Below are positions 32,568 through 35,625 of a stretch of DNA of 35,625 bases, piece after piece. Every line of letters starts with the position of its first letter. Position 1 is the stretch's first letter. The notes beneath the pieces are model-generated. The model did no database searches and had not been told where the DNA came from. It worked only from the letters and a program-made list of their open reading frames with translations. The DNA is taken from positions 1 through 35,625 of the forward strand of contig NW_021829620.1 in NCBI RefSeq assembly GCF_006345805.1, given 5' to 3'. The translations under genes were made by a program, and so were the position numbers. Origin of the DNA: Octopus sinensis (lineage: Eukaryota).

Positions 32568-34143
32568 CATACCTCGACTCAAGTCGTTTGATTTAAGTCG
32601 ATTATATGTCAGTTTTCAAAAATAATATATGGCAAAATAAGCATCAAGTTCAGTCATTTTACTCGACTTTTCGTCTGTCCGCCACAAATTTTGGAATCGT
32701 AAAATCACTAGAAAACCATTAAAAGCACATAAAACCATGTTACTGTACAATAAATAAAAATAAAAGCATATAAAATCATATTAAAATACATACACTAAAT
32801 GTTAAGTTACACACCATAAATTAGTGTAGCTTAGAGAACGAAATCATGACATAGGCTCTGTTGTCTTATTTATCGGTCTTTGGGAGCTCATATCAAACTG
32901 TTGTTCCAATATCTGCCGTTAGGAGTCGTCACTCGTGATTCCCGCGATTGTTGTGTATTCAGATTTGTTTACGTCTGTTTGTCGGTTACTTTCTCATTCT
33001 CATTGATTTGTGACTTTATTTTTGTCCCCATGGCTACTAAGAAAATTCATAGTGAAAGTTCTAAGAGTTATGCTAAAACGCTGGAAGATAAACTGGCTAT
33101 GATAAAATGCTATGAAAACGGTGAAAAATTGGTAGCAATTGCACGATCTTTAGAGGTGAGTCGGAGAAGTGTATCAACGATTGTAATAAGGGCAACGATT
33201 ATAATAAGGTCAAGATTTCGGCAAATATCAAATCTGATGCCCCTGGGATAAAGGACACTGTCATCAATAACAAAAGAGGCAAAATCTTTGAAGAAATGGA
33301 AAGTTTTTATTTTCTGTTTGGATTGTTAGGTTGAATCGTCAGCGTGCCACTATTTATCAATAAATCATTCAAGAATTGTCTTCTGGGAGCTAAAGAAAAA
33401 ATATCCAGATCAGAAAGATATGGAGTTCAAGGAAAGTCAAGGATGGTTCATGAGAAGAAAACGGGTTTCTTCTCGAACAGAAATTTACCATAGACGAAAA
33501 TGGATTGTATAAGGTCTCAAAAGAACGTGTGACCCTTATGTAGGGAGGTAATTGTGCAGGAGATTTTAACATAAAACTATTGCGTGTGCGTCACGCACAC
33601 AATGCATGTGCCCTGAAGAAAATACCCAAGGCACTTTTCCCTGTTATATGGCTGGCTAATTCAAAAGCAAGGGTTACTGCTGTTGTTTTTGAAGATTGGT
33701 TCATCAATTATTTTATCACAGCAGCAGAGAAGTTCTGTAAGGAGAAGGGAATTCCTTTAAGGTTTTTGCTTATCGTAGATAATGCTCCTGATCACCCACA
33801 AAACATCATAGATTTTGACCCCAACGCTACCGTCGTATACCTCCCTCCTAACACCACGTTCATAAATAAAGCATCCTCGATGTACGGTAAACACCGTAAA
33901 ATTGTATTCGTAAATTTAGTTTATTCTTTTTTATTGTACTATATTAAAAAATAAAAATTATTTGTTTGTAAGCTTAAAATAAGTTTTTATTAACCAGGTA
34001 TTATTGAAAATGCATTCATAAATAAAGTACAGAACTGGGAATGGTTATTTTCGGTTAGAGACAAGTTAATTCGACTTAAGGCGCTTTCCGACTTAAGTCG
34101 TGTCTCCTGAAACCAATTAACGACGTAGGGTGAGGTATGCCTG
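32565..34143 (+). mobile_element. Internally deleted Tigger/pogo-type DNA transposon
   Basis: TIRs AGGCATACCTC (32565-75) and GAGGTATGCCTG (34132-43), matching the Tigger-type CAGGCATACCTC. Inserted in (TA)n; transposase remnants inside. Confidence 0.88.
33030..33860 (+). pseudogene. Tigger/pogo transposase pseudogene (CENP-B-type HTH and DDE_1 fragments)
   Basis: MATKK..TLEDKLAMIKCYENGEKLVAIARSLEVSRRSVSTIV (HTH); IDENGL (first D); W.AN.KA.VT..VFEDWF.NYF...LLIVDNAPDHP...VVYLPPNTT (second D). Frameshifted, and the third-D region is deleted. Confidence 0.88.
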
Positions 34144-34144
34144 T

Positions 34145-34146
34145 CC

Positions 34147-34181
<35 letters not shown>

Positions 34182-34287
34182 TGGTGTGTGTGTGTGCGTG
34201 TGTATATGCATATATATATGTTTGTGTGTGCGTGTATATATATATGTGTATATATGTATATATATATATATATGTATAATACATATG

Positions 34288-34320
<33 letters not shown>

Positions 34321-34500
34321 ATATACATGTATATAATATATATATAATACATATGTATATATACATGTATGTATATATCTATATCTATATACATACATAT
34401 ATATATATATATATACATATATACATATATATACATATATATATATATATAATATATATATATCATATGTGTGTGTGTGTGTGTGTGTGTGTGGTGTGGG
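34145..34500. repeat. TA/TG compound microsatellite
   Basis: Directly visible. Explains ORFs in 33990-34554. Confidence 0.95.
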
Positions 34501-34504
34501 TGTG

Positions 34505-34702
34505 GTGAGAGAAGTTGGTATGTGAAAGCACGTGGTTAAATTAATAAAATCCAAAAAAGAGTGAAAAACTACAGAAGGCTTTTGTCATATGGTTAAATAA
34601 TATATTTAAAATGTTATGTTAGAAAAATATTATAACATTTTGCGTATAGTAACATAGTTTTTGGAGAAATAACCGGTTTCGTATTTTCTTTTCAAATTTC
34701 TC
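34505..34702 (-). mobile_element. Inverted PLE terminal repeat with U3-A8 hammerhead variant at 34664-34702
   Basis: Minus: GAGAAAT-TTGAAAA-G-AAAATA-C-GAAA-CCG-GTT|ATTTCTC, with a perfect 7-bp stem I. Homologous to 26015-26215. Confidence 0.6.
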
Positions 34703-34709
34703 TACCTCT

Positions 34710-35173
34710 ATGATAGAGAGAGAAATAACGGATGAAATAGAGGATGGAATCAGACGTGCAACACAAATCGACATAGAAACCATAAGGAAAGTTCAACACA
34801 GCAACACACCTTCCCCCAAAATACTGCCTTACATATCCACATACAACCCCAGAAAGAAAGTAGCCTTCACCATCATCACACAAAATTTACCAATGCTACA
34901 TAAGGATCCCAAATTAAAGAAATTTTACACATACATAAAATCATTAAAAGCTACAAACAACCGAAATCACCAAGAAAGATCTTCACAAAGGCAAAATTAC
35001 TTTCTAAAATATCGGATGCAAACGTAGAAAAATGTGGTAGACCAAATTGCGCAACATGCCCAAACCTAGAAGGATCAGAATTCCTCTTCAAAGAAGAACA
35101 AAAATTCAAAATCAAATCTAATTTTACTCGTGCTTCAGAAAACCTGATTTATGTCATAAGTTGCTCGGGCTGC
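34710..35173 (+). pseudogene. PLE ORF fragment: post-RT region, Cys linker and start of the GIY-YIG endonuclease
   Basis: IEDGIRRA..ID...R..LPYISTYNP...L.KDPKL, a frameshift, then IIKSYKQPKS...KCGRPNCATCP...NFT..SENLIYVISCSGC, truncated. Confidence 0.82.
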
Positions 35174-35479
35174 CCGATTCAGCAAAATGTAACCCGTTGA
35201 ATGTGCACCTGACTACAAATTTGCAACAGGGGTAGATTTTATTAACTGAACAAAAAAAAAGCTTGGTTTGTGGTCAAGAATAATTTTCTCATTCAAAAAA
35301 TTTAAACAAGTGAAACATAAAATATGTAAATATGTACGTATATCTGTCTACCTGTCTGTCTGTCTGCCTATCTGTCAGCCTTTCTGCATCTATCTAGATA
35401 TCTTTCTGTCTGTCTGTCTGTATACACACACACACGTGTGTGCAAGTGCATAAGTGTGTGTGTGTCTTTTTCTTTTATC

Positions 35480-35625
35480 TTTTATTTGTTAGTCATTGGA
35501 CTAAGGCCAGGATCACGCACCACCTTTAAGGGTTTTAATCGAGCGAATCAATTCTATTACATATTTTTGAAGTCACGTAGTTTATTCTATCGGTAACTAT
35601 TTGCTGAACCAACAAATTAAACCAA
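35480..35625 (-). mobile_element. Old SINE family D 3' fragment, runs off the window end
   Basis: ttagtcattggact..ggcca..caccacctttaag...tttattctatcggt..ttgctgaacc. Confidence 0.5.

Noticed and set aside
617-35453. Most ORFs in the six-frame track (YIYI, HTHT, CVCV, LSIY runs and SINE-spanning frames)
   Set aside because: They are translations of microsatellites or SINE bodies, with no protein motifs or supported splice structure.

Overview
This is an AT-rich, microsatellite-saturated eukaryotic window with no supportable host gene exon. Most ORFs in the track are microsatellite translation artefacts. The tRNA/CORE-type SINE families plus the (TA)n/(TAGA)n/(TATG)n load suggest a coleoid cephalopod, probably Octopus (inferred from recalled repeat families, not searched). 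Recognisable content: about 20 SINE copies from at least 4 modular families, an internally deleted Tigger/pogo transposon (32565-34143), Tc1/mariner MITEs, hAT ends, a non-autonomous Helitron, a LINE 3' end and two Penelope-like (PLE) GIY-YIG fragments. The main hidden signal is RNA structure. By eye I find 13 hammerhead-ribozyme (HHR) type I motifs or variants, plus one half-motif. Five have complete CUGANGA/GAAA/UH cores with stems I-III (10932, 13243, 16299, 19169, 30198); of these, 10932 and 19169 have no core defect. They lie in short ORF-less units, some bounded by direct repeats (18833-19441) or inverted repeats (30071-30413), alongside fold-back palindromes at (TA)n tracts. The HHR-PLE link is established. 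The candidate novelty is a set of non-autonomous, retrozyme-like HHR elements and variant catalytic cores. All folding was done by eye; nothing was computed.
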